Below, in pieces: positions 1-12,482 of a stretch of 64,000 nt of DNA. The stretch covers positions 2,046,001 to 2,110,000 of the forward strand of contig NW_026515669.1 of the NCBI RefSeq assembly GCF_025526975.1, given 5' to 3'. Position 1 is the first letter of the stretch. The number at the start of each line of letters is the position of its first letter. The notes below the pieces were generated by a model. The model worked only from the letters and a program-made list of their open reading frames with translations. It ran no database searches and was not told where the DNA came from. Made by a program: the position numbers and the translations under genes. The DNA is from Fimicolochytrium jonesii (lineage: Eukaryota).

Positions 1-3000
1 GGTTCCGAATATGCTGACCCCTTGGCAGCTCGAATGCGTGATCGAAGCTGTGGATGTTGCGAATCGGTCTTCATCAATCACAGTGCCTGCGAGGTGGACG
101 ACTCTCACTACGCCTAAAAACAAGGCTGCTGTGGTCTCGGTCCCCCTCACCAAGTTGAGCCAGACTCCTGCGAATAGCTCGGATTTCGGCTTTCTTGAGG
201 AAATCACCATGACCGCCGGAGGAGATATGACATTCGCCGCCGCTTTTTTTGGGTTTCCACAACTGCAAAGCTCGGGGACGCAGTTGGCGACCGTTCAGTA
301 CTCGGTAGGCAATGCGATGTCGAACACTACGGGCATATTTGACAACATCATACCTTTGACCGCACTCGACCTCTCCGGAGCTACCAATCAATCCATGTTG
401 ATTGAAGGTACTTACGTGCCAGTCCACATGTTTGCAGTTCCCATTACATATCTGGACGCAACGCCTGGTAAGCATTTTATACGGCCAGGGCGCGTATGTG
501 GTAGGGCATCAACTCACCCTCTCTTTGCTGTACAGTGTCGGTGTGCGTCAACGTCACAGTGCAGGCAACTTCGGAGTCGGTTTTCACATGCAGTGCCGGA
601 GTCGCAGCAGATTCAAACCCTCCTGCTGTTGGCACCACGGAGATTTCCCTGGGTGCGCAATACGCAACGACCTCCTCCTCGCTTGTGATAACTTGGGATG
701 GCTTCACATCCCCAAGTTGGCTGCATCCCAACGGATCGGGGATTGCCTTCTATCAATGGACATTGGGTACATATCCGGGCGGAGACGACATTGTGAGCGC
801 CACTCGATCCTACCCAAGCGCCGGGAGAGCGCTGGTAACTGGCATTAAGCTACTGAACGGATATAGCTACTTCGCTACTGTAATAGCGACGGCCGACAAC
901 GGGCTTTCGTCGAACGCAACTTCGGACGAAGTCATCATTGATTACACACCGCCGAGATCTGCATCTGGCATCACCGCGATTCGTCCCATTCAAGTTTCCG
1001 ACAAGGTTTGGAATGTCAGAATTGAGTACGATCACTGGACCGATTTGGAAACCCGCGTTGCAAGCGTCACTTGGGTGATCGAAACACAATATGGATATGG
1101 GGATGTTCTCCCAGCCACGAGGACTGACACGCCGACATCTGCCGAAGCAAAAAATCTGCAGCTCGGCGTCGGTATCACGTACGTCGTCAGAGTCATAGCG
1201 ACCAATACGGCGGGATTGGCGCAGGAGTCTATCCGCTCCTTCACGGTGCCGTATCCCGTCTGGATTCTCTCGCTCGTTGACGGCGCTGCTATAGGTCGAA
1301 GTCTTTACTCGACGAAAGCATACTCCACGGAGAAAAGTATTTACAATCTTTCGTGGAGGTTACTGGGGTCACCTCTCTACGCGGAGTATGCTCTAGGCAC
1401 CAGGCCAATGCAGAACGATATCTATCCTTGGACGAGAGTTACTTCGGAGACTGAAGCTTCAATCATCTTAACGGAACAATTCAATGACGGATTGACATTG
1501 TACGCCTCGATGCGAGCATTTGGAGAAAATGGAATCATCGCCGATGTAATTTCGACGGCTGGTATCACGTTTGACGAAAGCCCGCCTCTGGTGGGTCGAG
1601 TTATCCAAGGTCGTGGGACAGTTCACAAACTGTGGACGATGAGTTCCGCCATTGTGTCCTTCAGCTGGACTGGCTTTTTGGATCGGCACAGTGGTATTGC
1701 CCGGCACCATTATTGCATTGACGCTGACCCGGACCCTAAAAGGTGCGCATCTGAGATGACGGAAATTTATGGCTCCACCGGTGTCTACAGTGCAGGCTTG
1801 GACACTGAGCTTGTTGTGGGCAAGAAGTACTACATCAAGATCCGTGCCACAAACGGTGCCGGCCTGTCTTCCTATGGCATGTCACCACCATTCAAATACG
1901 ATCCATCACCACCGACCCTGGGCCTAGTCACAGTCCATCATCCGTCTTCGGCCGATTTCATCCCGGCTGCTCACGGTGGGGCACTGATCTATCAAGACTG
2001 GTCCACCGTCCAGGTCTCATGGACTGGTTTCTCAGATAGCGATAGCGGAATTGCAAACTATCAAGTCGCTCTCGCTGAACAAGAATCCGGACAACTTGTG
2101 CAACAGTTTGTGTCGGTCGGTGGAAGCACCCTTTGGAGGTTTACGGACGCCGACGGTCTCCTCTTGGAGGATGGCAAAAAGTACTTCGCGGTGGTGCTTG
2201 CCACGAATGGCGCCGGGGCGGTGTCTCAAGCGACATCCGGATCCTTCATTGTCGACACAGAACCACCTTCGGGGGGGAAAGTGGAAGTCGACTTTAACCC
2301 GAATGGGATCTCCACAACAATTGATGGTTTCTTTGACAAGACTAGCGAGATCGTGGAGTATCGAATACTCATTGGGTCTTTCCGTGGCGCAAACGACGTG
2401 GCACCCACTCGGGTCCTTCAAATGGGAAGTGGAAAGGATTGCAACCCATGTGTTGAAACGTTCCCGATATCGTTGCAAGAGAATGCCATGTACTTTGTGA
2501 CGGGTAAGTGCGCGGCCAAACTCGAAGGTCTAGTCTGAAATGGGGATAACGAGGACTAAGCACCTTCAAATTCGTCAGTGTTTGCGGTGGATGCTGGAGG
2601 ACTTTCATCAGCGCCCGTTTCCATCGGCCAGGTCTACACAAAAGATCCAGTCCTGATCAGGGCCGCTGCCGGATTCACCTGGAATATATCGGCGGCCACA
2701 CCGAATGTGTTGAACTTCGGCGCATCGAGTCCGGAAACCGTCACAGTAACCGGATATGGCTTGACGAACTTCGTTGTTTCTGGAGGCGCCGTGCAGCCGA
2801 CCTTCCAATGTCAATTTCTTTATCCGGGCGAAGCGAGTTGGTCCTCAGCATCAGCACAACTAACCTATGAAATATTCCAAGTAACTCAGCTGGATCGCTT
2901 CCACGCCGAAGTGCGTTGCCCGCCACCAAAGAGAGTTGCTTTGAACAATCAAGATGCAGTCCAGTTGCGACTTGTGGCGCCTGACGGGAAAAGCACTTCC

Positions 3001-5480
3001 AACCCGATCCGGCTTGTCCACAAAGGTACTTGATGCCCAGAGTTCTGCATAATGACTCGCTGCGGTGCTGATCATCCTTCTCACAGTCGCTCCTACAACC
3101 TGGGGTTCCACCTCGGCCGTCATCACTATGGGCCTCAGCAATAATATGGCTTCAGCATACCGGATATCGAGGGCCTTGTTTCAGATGACCTGGCCCAATC
3201 GTTTTCCGGCAAAAAGCGTTGCGTACTACTCAATATCCTCCTTCGGTTCGCAATTGGCGATCGTGCCCGGCGATTCATTCGAGTGGATCTTTACCATTCC
3301 CCGAACTCTCTCGAACTTTGAGCAGTTCAAGGCCATGACATCCGTCAGTTTCGAAGTTTGCCCTTACTTTTACGGACACGGTGCGGAGCCACGACAGAAC
3401 TGTCTTGCCTCCTCGGAAATCGTCTTTGACAACAAGCCAGTGAAGCTGAATCCCGCCGTCCAAAGTCAGGTTCCCACCGGAGTTCGCATCCTCGGTTATG
3501 GTTCTGCCAAAGGATTCTTGTACGAAGCGGTCCAATTCCAGCCGACGGATAAGAATTTGGCAGCTGAATGGAAAGATTCCTTCGAGTACGCAGGGAGTAA
3601 GAAAATCGACCATTATGACATGATGATCGGGAATGCACCGTTTGAAAGTGCGGTTGATGTTGTTCGCGGCTTGACGAGCACATCCTTCAACACGTCGACG
3701 GCGCTCGAAGTTGGTGTCGCGTACTTTGTCACAATAACTGCATGGGATGAAGCGGGAATTCCGTCGCTTCTATCGTCGGCGCCCATAACCGTTGACGCCA
3801 CAGCTCCAACTGGGTAGGTTGTGATTGAGAAGTTACTTTTTGGCCGAGGACAAAACTTTCATACTCTACAGGGGCATTGTGTATGATGGAAACGTGACAT
3901 CAGTCTTGGAGAACGGATATCAGTCAGACCCATCGTCAGTGACGGCGTTCTGGCGGGGTTTCGTCGAGAATGAGAGCGTCATTGCCGAGTTCCGCGCATG
4001 CGTGTGGGATGGGTCCAGGTGCATATACGGACCGGTTTCGACTGGAATAGCTACCAGCTTGATGGCCGGCAATCTCTCCCTTTCGCCGAACTCTACCTAC
4101 TCTGTCCGTGTGGAGGCGTGCAACGGAGCCGGTCTTTGGAGCGACCCTGCATTCTCAAACGGTTTTAGGGTGGATATCACGCCACCCGTGCTGAAAGGGA
4201 TGATTTTTGGGACAGGAGGTTCTATTGCGAAAGCGTCTGTGACAGAAGAAAAGCTCAGCTGGACGTTCGTGGATACGGAATCGCCGGTTGTGGAATATAT
4301 GGTGCAGCTCGGTAGTTCCCCGGAAGGAGCTCAGATCCTTCCGCTGACCTCGGTGGGACGACAATCTTTCCTGCCCTTGAACGGACTTGAATTCGCTCAC
4401 AACTCCACGGTCTACGCGATGGTTATTGCCAGAAATGCCGCAGACCTCAGAGGGGTCGGAACGTTTGGGCCCGTACTCATCGACCTCACACCTCCTGTGT
4501 TGCAATCTCCCGTCACGGCAATGGACGGCAATGACGTTGTCAATGTTGTGGACAGCGTGCAAATTAACGCGCGGTGGTCCTTCGTGGATTGGGAAACAGA
4601 TATCGTCGAATACAAGGTCGCCCTTGGGAGTCCATCTGACAGAGAAAGCTACCGAAACTTCGCGTCTGTTGGAATGAACAGCATGATACGCAATGTGACG
4701 GTGGAGGTTGTAGAGGGAGCGCAGATGGTTGTGTCTGTCATCGCGGTCAATGCAGCTGGCTTGGAAGCCAATGCTACATCCCAAACTGTTCGATTTACAA
4801 AAGCACCTCCCAGCAACTGCTCCATCATTCTGCTGGACGAGCAGTTGCGGGCTCTGACGGACGCCGCAATTTACAAAGGCATCACCTACTTGTCACCTCA
4901 AACAGACATCAAGGCACAACTGTCTTGCTCGGCAGCCACGCTCGCTGACATTGCAGACATTTCCTTCCGCCTCGCGAAAGATGGTGGTCAGATGTTCGAC
5001 TGGGTTCCGATTGGCCCCCACGATATCTTGACGATTGAGAGCGGCGGATTACCGAAACTGGACACAATGACTCTGGAAGTTCGGGCGAACAACGCCGCCG
5101 GTTTATGGAGCGACTTCCGCTCCGCTCCGTTCAGGATATCCAGTCAACAACCGGTTCCTGGCGCCGTCACCCTCGAGTGGAGGAACGGCACCGACGCAGC
5201 GAGCGCCAAGAATCTTGTGGTTGCGATCTCAGCTTTCAAAGATGCTAATGCCCCGACATACCCCGTCAATCATACGTTGGGAGTTTTTTCAAGCGATAGT
5301 GTGGGCGCTTACAATATCTACAGCTTGGAAGCCTTGAAGCCCGATTCGACGGGTAGCCTTGCCCCGGTGGTCATTCCGGTGACTTCCAGTGCGAAAGGAA
5401 GGAACTTCACAGCAGTTGTGAGGGGTGTTGGCTTGCTAGGACTTGAGACCAGAGTGATTACTATGCTTCCGGGCGCTTGA
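1..5480 (+). CDS. 3' part of a giant multi-exon extracellular protein with tandem FN3/Ig-like repeats (5' end outside the window)
   Basis: ORFs 11-688, 535-2538, 2578-3033, 3065-3817 and 3825-5480 join through GT-AG introns at about 468-535, 2504-2578, 3026-3086 and 3814-3871. Recurrent motifs DxTPP..G.V, W.GF.D..SGI..Y and Y...V.A.N.AGL are typical of FN3-like repeats. Confidence 0.85.
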
Positions 5481-6749
5481 TCGCTGGTGCACACACCAAT
5501 GCTTCATGTTACGAATATTTCGATTTTAGATGACATTTTGCGAACAAAAATAATATTTAATTAGGTGACTCGGAATTTTGTAGACAGCGGAAGGACAGCG
5601 TATACGGAAATTGGTGTGAGCATGACGATTACATCGAACGTTTGGGATGAGTTTTCGACTTTGCAACGGTGAATGCTGGTTATTCCGCGCAGCCAAACTC
5701 GAAGGCCAGCCGCGTAAAGTTGATGCACCCTGTAACAGGCGCCATCTAAAAACTAAAGGGGGGGATCATGGTGAACTAAGGAGAACTACCACCACGGCCC
5801 ATTCACAACCAGAGGGGATAGGGATTGGGTTCCCAAGGCTGACGGTTCATATCTGGTCTGAACCCGTCATATCGCGCATATGTGTAGAGGAGGTAACGAA
5901 AGTTGGCGCCTCCTTGGATGTCTCTGTTCACCATGATGGGCTCTCGCGCGCGCCTTTGGAGCCCTGGGCCGCCTCGGGCACTTTCTCTTTCATTGTCTCA
6001 ACCCGTTTGCAACCCAGTGCACGGATACGTCTCAGTGCGTCCCACGCTCCCTGAACCTCTTTCGGAATCTCTTCCTCGGGCTCGGTTGCTGTATCCGAGT
6101 CTGATCCGCTCTCTGATGTCAGAGCCCTTTCCAGTCGCTTTCGTTTCTCCTTGACTGGCGTTAGTTCGAGCTTCACCACTACGTTGTCCGGACACTGATT
6201 GATGCGAATGTCAATGTGCGACGTCGATTGCGACGGAATCGGCTGCTCTATTAGCATCGTGTTGTTTGGAGGTTGAATCCGGGTTCGCACTTTTGCTGAG
6301 CGGCGGCAGAAACTGGTATGCCTTTTATCTGCCTTATTTAAATTACAGGCGCCCGTTCACGTGACCATGGTGCGACGTCGTTTCGAGAAGGATTTGCTCA
6401 GGTGAGAAACTACCGCAGAGGAGGATTCAAACCGTTGGTGAACGAAGACGCCGGTGAAACGTCCGTCACGGACTTTGTTCCTTTGCAAGAAAAAAGGGCA
6501 GAGTAGATGGTAATATGATTTTAGACGTATATGCTAGCCTATGTTATGCTATCCGTATATACTATCATTGTGCATCACTTCCTTGACATCCATCTCCCTC
6601 AACTTCTTCTCTGTGCGGTGCTTCACACGCACGGTGTTGCAAAGTTCGACAGCGCGTGTACATTATAGCACCCGGTGCCCCGGTCGGCCGAATCGTACAC
6701 AGTACATAGTAGGTACAATGAACCAATGTACTGTACTGTACATCCTTCG

Positions 6750-6973
6750 GTTTAGTGGGTTTTGCCAACTTTGCCCACTCGATCGCCGTGCCCACTATTC
6801 TGCACCCAAAGCTTCTACTGCGCGTGTTCTTCCCAGCCCGCGTGTTTCACCCCAGCGCGCATTGCCAGAATCTTGACCCACCATTTTAACCCAAATTTGG
6901 CAAGCGAAAGTTCAACAGAGGAAAGCGGGTTGAGGGACTTTGGGTTCAAAACCCACTAAACTGCACCCTTACC
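6750..6973. mobile_element. Probable Mutator-like MITE (~220 bp)
   Basis: Perfect 15-bp inverted repeat GTTTAGTGGGTTTTG (6750-6764) / CAAAACCCACTAAAC (6947-6961). A 9-bp direct repeat CATCCTTCG flanks it (6741-6749 and 6974-6982). The left TIR appears to lack about 12 terminal bp present at the right end. Confidence 0.6.
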
Positions 6974-7320
6974 CATCCTTCGTCAGTCAAGTCTTTCTGA
7001 CTTTCCTACTTCGTGTGGTGGAAATGGCGTGAGAACGGAGAAAGCGTGTACTGGTGGTCCGGGTGGAAATAAATGGTGGGTGAGAAAATGATTCCCCCTT
7101 TCATGGGATTGCCGAGAGAGATGGAGAGAGAGATGGGTTTGTGGTAGATGTGCAATGGTGGGTTTGATACTCGGCAAAATCCAACGCCAGGCCTCCGTTA
7201 GGGAACGCTCCCGGGCAGCATCAACTACAAGTTGCCTTCATTGGCGACGCCTCAGGCAGAGGTACAATGATGTGGATGGCAGATAACCACCACGGAAAAT
7301 GGGATGGGGTGAAATCTAGA

Positions 7321-10282
7321 CTACCGGTTACGGGAGAATGCGTCTGGTCTGCGGCCATTGCCAAACACCACCGAACGCACAATCGAGAGGAAATTCTTGG
7401 TGCTCAGGACGTCCCGATTGTGCACTTTCATCCGTAGTCGTAGTGGTCGTCTTCCAGGAATCTCAAATGGTGTCCAGTCTTGGTTGATACATTCGGGGTT
7501 GGGGCAACCCACCAATCCATGGACGTATTCCATTCTTCCCTTTCTAGCTTGCCATGGCCGAGATGACAGCCGCTGTCGGATGTTTTTCTTCACACGGCCG
7601 TGGCAGTCAGGGCACACGGACGACGTTCGATACTCATCTAGCAAGTAGCATGGAATGCTGTTTCTTGCAAAGAGTGTGCGGAATCTGATTTCCATGATGA
7701 GTTAGCATATTATAATACATAGTAGGTACCACCAATCATGGTTACTCACCCCTTGGTCTTCGATGACTCCTGAAAGCGCATCATTTTCCCAGCATCGCTC
7801 CAATCACCCAAGATGACCGAAAAATTCTTTCCATACCGGCGTCGCATGTTCTTAATGAGCTTGCTCTCAGACTTTTGCCGCAGTGAGAAGGCCTTGAACC
7901 TGCGAGCGATGTGAATCTCATCCTGGTAAAACTCATCCAGGGCGGGATCTGGGATATGGATGGATGTCAGCCCAGGTAATACTAAATTTGAAGACAGCGC
8001 ATAATACATCATACCTGCATGTATGTGATCCACAATGAACGCTGAGAACGCCTCGATGTTCATGCTCTTGTGCGATGGAATATGTGATTCCATCTCGGCG
8101 ATGCCGGCATTGATCTTTCGCTCTCTCATGTCTCTTTGAAAGTACCGAGACTTTGTCTCGACCGCCCGTTGATTGGATGTGTATCTGATACGGGGTGGTG
8201 CATTGTGGGAACGCTGCAGCGGAATGTCGCCGCAATGGGAATGGTGGGGATAGGGGCGGTGGGAGCGGCAGCGGAGACGGGGGGCTGGCGGGCGGAGACG
8301 GGGGGTTGGGGGGCGGAGACGGGGGGCTGGCGGGCGGAGACAGGGGGCTGGGGGGCGGAGACGGGGGGCTGGGGGGCGGAGACGGGGGGGGGGGGGGGGG
8401 GGGTAGCGCAGAAGGGGGGGGGGGGGGGTAGCGGAGACGGGGGGGGGGGGGGGGGGGTAGCGCAGAAGGGGGGGGGGGGGGTAGCGGGGACAGCAGGGCA
8501 GCAGTAATCGACTGAATCGTACCAAAATGGCCGCTCCTTCTTGATGTCTCGACAGAACAAGAGGTCACGCTTGCCCGGATCAATGCTGACGATGTTTGGA
8601 GCCTCCCGTAGTTAGGCGATGTGGTGCTCAAAATACAGCTGCTTGACTTCTTCCTGCATTTGGGCTTTGCTGCGCTTCCGGGCGCGATGGCCGTACTTGA
8701 GCCCTGGCTTCTTGAAGTGGATGGTAGCGGAATACCCGTTTGTGCTGATTGACCCATCAAATTTGAGACCAAGCTTCTTTCGATGCTTGAAGACCTTGTC
8801 CTACAATCCGTCATTCAGCAAGGTAATCAGATTGAAATAACCGCAGAAGGATACAGACTTACATTGATATTGAGAAACTGCCCCCACAGCTCCCGCTTGC
8901 GTTGATCGGTGAGTTTCCCCATGCGATGGTGGCCCAAGGCCAGGATATGAGTGGTTAGGATCTTCGTGTCGATCCGAACAGATGACTGGATTCGAGATTT
9001 GCGCAGCGGGATAGCGGAAAACAGCCGCATTCCACGGCGCTCATAGAGGCGTGAGAGCTCACAATAGGCACCTGTGATGAGGCAGGTGCGGACTACGATT
9101 AGACAAAAGAGGAAGCAGCGCGGGGGGGGCATAATTATACAGGATGTAACTCACCTAAATATGGCATTGCGTCCACCGCAAGGCTGTACGCAAGCGCTTC
9201 ATCCAGGGGAGGAAGCAGAGCCCATAACTCGTCGAGGACGGTCCGCTCAAGTCGTGTGAGGCGCGCAAACTCTTCTTCGGTTGGAAACTCTTCAAACGTC
9301 GCATACTTTTTGAACTGACGGACACGCTGGTAATAGCGTCGCCGCTGCGCTCGGTTGACTCCAGCTCTACGGAGATGCAGTACGACTTGCTTCAAACCAA
9401 GCCTTTCATTGACGTAGCGCAGAAACATTTGCATGAAATGCTCTTGTACGTTAACTTTGAGGTTTGTGAAGATGCTCGTAGCCGTGTACGCTGCGGTCTG
9501 TTGGCAATACCGCATGCGGATGGGGGCGAATCCGTGAACATCACAGCAGTCTTGAACCCATGGATGCAACTCTTGCGCGATGACCGGATTGGCGTTGTAG
9601 CCTGGATTGTTGAGCAGCTCAAATATCACACTGATGTGCTTGTCGGTGATGTCCGGGAAATCGTGTAGAGGATGTGGTGGGGGGGAGACGTAGCAGTCAG
9701 GACATTGGTTTATGCGAAATATACAGTGTAACTCAAAAACTCACCAAGGTAGTACTTGAGAAAAAAGCTGGTGTGGGGCGCCAGGATGTGAACATCGGCG
9801 ATGAAGGTTGTTAGGCGCTCCCTTTGCACTTGATTGTGATTTTGGATTCGGTAAAGGGAAACCTTCGTGCTGGCATGCGTCTGCGGGCAGGGTCGTTGAA
9901 CTGGTGGTGGTGGGGGGGGTTCAAGCACCAGGGATCCGCCCGGTGTGCTGGGAAAAGGGAAAGGGATGGGAGCGGGGAGGTTCAACGGACGCTGCAGACC
10001 CCTGTCCGCGGGTGAGAGCCCTCGCTGCTGTTGCTGTTGCCCGTCTTCATCGCCAGAACTCTCGCTAACCATGTCTGCGATTGCTTGGGGCAAGTGGCGT
10101 TGGACAGACGGTGGGAATTCGAATCGCGGGGGTGGTTGCAATGGTGTCTGCACAGCGGTTGGCAGACGTATGGGCAACCGCGGGGTAACCGGAGCAACCT
10201 TCCTCCTCTTCCGCCGTGGTGTGGTAGCTTCGGTAAAGATGCCACACCACAGGTGCCCCTGGAGCGCCTGGTGTGATGGCAT
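7321..10282 (-). pseudogene. Fanzor1: Fanzor1 (eukaryotic TnpB-like RuvC nuclease), multi-intron, disrupted
   Basis: Spliced translation gives FSAIPLR..RIDT, FDGSISTNG, RuvC-I IVSIDPGKRDLLFC (~8555-8595), RYTSNQR, VILGDWS, RuvC-II LLDEYRTSSVCPDC, Zn-finger CPNPEC and RuvC-III HNRDVLSTKN. Frame-preserving introns lie at 9154-9072, 8862-8801, 8014-7949 and 7749-7685; a first intron starts at 9744 with an unclear acceptor. There is an in-frame TAA at 8614-8612 and a G-rich insert at ~8220-8500. Confidence 0.9.
8245..8490. repeat. G-rich 21-bp minisatellite (GCGGAGACGGGGGGCTGGNGG)n plus long poly-G runs inside the Fanzor gene
   Basis: About five 21-bp units at 8271-8385, then GTAGCG-punctuated poly-G tracts. 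The reverse complement resembles 12780-12922. Confidence 0.9.
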
Positions 10283-10825
10283 GATGGCCGTGCTGTGCTT
10301 TAAGTCAGCCGAGACGGGTGGTGATTGCCGTGATAGCTGTGCGTCAAGGAACTCACGTCAGTGCTGTGGTAATGAGGCTGAGAACGGTGAGGAATTGCGG
10401 TTGTTACCTGGTGGCGGTTGAAGGTGAAACCGGGGATGCTTACTGCTCACAATTGCGTTGGGAAGGAAGGGGGTTGGGAAGGAAGGTTGGTGGGAAGGAA
10501 GGGTGGTATGTAATTGGGAGTGAGGATCCCCACGTTTTTTACACGCGTGTAAAGGTAGCTTCCTGGTGTGTGTACATGTACAGGTGTTGCAGGTGATTGC
10601 GGGACTTTTTTTTTGAGAAGGAAGCGCCTTTGGCAGTGCAGAGAATGCAAGCTACTCGACGCACCTTCCCAAAGACCTTGTTGTGGAACTCGTTACTTTA
10701 TTTCCCTTCACACATACCACTCGTTTTATAGACATTTGATCGGACGGTCTGCCCAAACACACAACCAGCTCTGTATCTGCAGAGAAGAAAAGGGGGGGTA
10801 CGGTAGCTATAAAAAGGAAGCTGTG

Positions 10826-10945
10826 GCTGAAACTGGTTGTTTACAACACTCCCTCTCAGACTGCAAATCGAATTCAATCCGCAGTTGCCGTCGCAGTCGC
10901 TCTGCATGATCCCATGGAACGTTCCGCTCTCAACTTCCGCAATCG
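10826..10945 (+). repeat. Degenerate repeat, inverted partner of 13566-13664
   Basis: Shared blocks GCTGAAAC.GGTTGTTTA, CTGCA.ATCGAATTCA, GTCGCTCTGCAT and CATGGAACGTTCCGCTCTCAACT. Both copies open an ATG reading MERSALN.R.R. Confidence 0.85.
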
Positions 10946-11206
10946 CTTGAGTCCAGATCGGAGTAGGAGCCGGGCTCGCGATTGGTACGCCATCAACTTT
11001 ACGCTGTCAACTTCCGCCATCGCTGATCTCGACGCTTCCAGTGCTGAGCACGACCGCCGCTTGCGGGAGGTCGACCGGCATGGGATGCGTTGTCGCTTCG
11101 TCGTCATGGTTGTGGATGCCTCGGTAAAAACCTCTCCCAGTTGTAAAAACCTCCGTGAGGAAAAAAAAAATAGATCCTGGGAGTAGGAAAAGAGCGCATC
11201 GTCGTA

Positions 11207-11600
11207 TCAGGAAACATCGGCTGTTGGGCGCAATCCTAGAGCGTGAACAAACTTCCAGTGTTTGTTTTCATCGAGTGACTTGGTAAATATATCCGCAATG
11301 TTGTCATGTGTATTGATCTGAGTGACGCTGATCGTTTTCGCATTTTCCTGACGGATGTAGGCATAAACCTTGGGCTCGATGTGCTTGGTTCTGTCGCCTT
11401 TAATGAAACCGTGGGCAATTTGGAAGATGCATGCGGAGTTATCTTCAAATATCGTTGTTCGTTCATGGCAGGTGTCGCCTCTTTTTGTCGTAGATTCCAC
11501 ATGGTTGATCATCATCCGTAACCAAATGGCTTCCCGGGTTGCTTCATGTAAAGCGATGAGTTCAGCGTGGTTTGAGGATGTTGCAATGACGGGTTGTTTC
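11207..11600 (-). mobile_element. Ty1/copia LTR-retrotransposon RNase H fragment
   Basis: KQPVIATSSNHAELIALHEATREAIWLR, TTIFEDNSACI, RTKHI and NIADIFTKSL match the copia RT-RNase H C-terminus. No LTR or PPT was recognised. Confidence 0.9.
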
Positions 11601-11960
11601 GTGGGCGCGATGACAACAGCAGCGGTCTTCGAGTCATTCTTGCGAGACGATGTCATCCCTAGAATCGACGAAGCCAACCAAGTTCTTATTATGGACAATG
11701 CACCTATCCACCGTCGATGTGTTATCAAGGATATTATGCCAGATGCGGGCCATACGCTGAAAATGCTCCCCTCTTATACCCCATTTTTCAACTGCGCAGA
11801 GTGGGCAAGCCCTTCATTTGTTGTCACGAAATTTGAGCTACTCAGGACAACCTTCCCCATCTTATTCATGAAGGGCTGGATTGCATTTCAGCGCAGACGG
11901 TGGAAGGGTGGATGAGAGAAGTCATGAGGAATTTTACCATTGCTCTTAGAGGAGAACGAC
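11600..11960 (+). mobile_element. Tc1/IS630-family DDE transposase C-terminal fragment (frameshifted)
   Basis: GAMTTAAVFESFL..VLIMDNAPIH..LKMLPSYTPFFNCAEW matches the second-D (DNAxxH) and LPxYSPxxNPIE regions of DDE_3 transposases. The N-terminal part is replaced by the copia fragment. Confidence 0.85.
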
Positions 11961-12409
11961 TCGGGCGTATGTATGACTGTCAATCCTACTTAGACCTTGC
12001 ACAGTTCCAAGGTCAGGAGCCTGCGGCGGATGATGATGATGGTGATGACGATGATGGGAGCCAGAATGGGAACGAGGTCGGCGAGAACGACAATGAGGAG
12101 TAGCTAGTTCCATAGAAAAGCGACGATCTTGTATAGCTGTGTGTACGCTACTTGGTGAATAAGCGAATATGATTTGCTACAGCTGTGTGGAGGCTCTTTA
12201 CGTTGCAAATCTGCGCTGTTGTGCGAATGTTAAACACTGACAACGATTTCGGTGTGCAGCCAGGATATGTAAATTTAGACGTCATTATTATATGCCTACA
12301 CTGTCAAAATACTGTCAAACGTACCTACTTTTGCGGTCCCTGTCTCTGAGACCTCTTTCTCGCTCTCTCTTCTTCCAACCTCAGCACACTCCGAGATCCA
12401 CACCCCGAC

Positions 12410-12482
12410 ACAGCAACAACAACAACAACAACACAACAACAACGACAACAACACAACAACAACGACAACAACGACAACAACC
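12410..12482 (+). repeat. Imperfect (CAA/CGA)n microsatellite immediately upstream of an ATG
   Basis: caacaacaacaacaacaacacaacaacaacgacaacaac... runs up to the ATG at 12483. Confidence 0.9.

Noticed and set aside
5647..6290. Overlapping 65-135-aa ORFs
   Set aside because: No recognisable motif and no basis for choosing a frame.
7933..8814. Pro-rich or Gly-rich ORFs (extensin- or collagen-like) in several frames
   Set aside because: These are by-products of the G-rich minisatellite inside the Fanzor gene.
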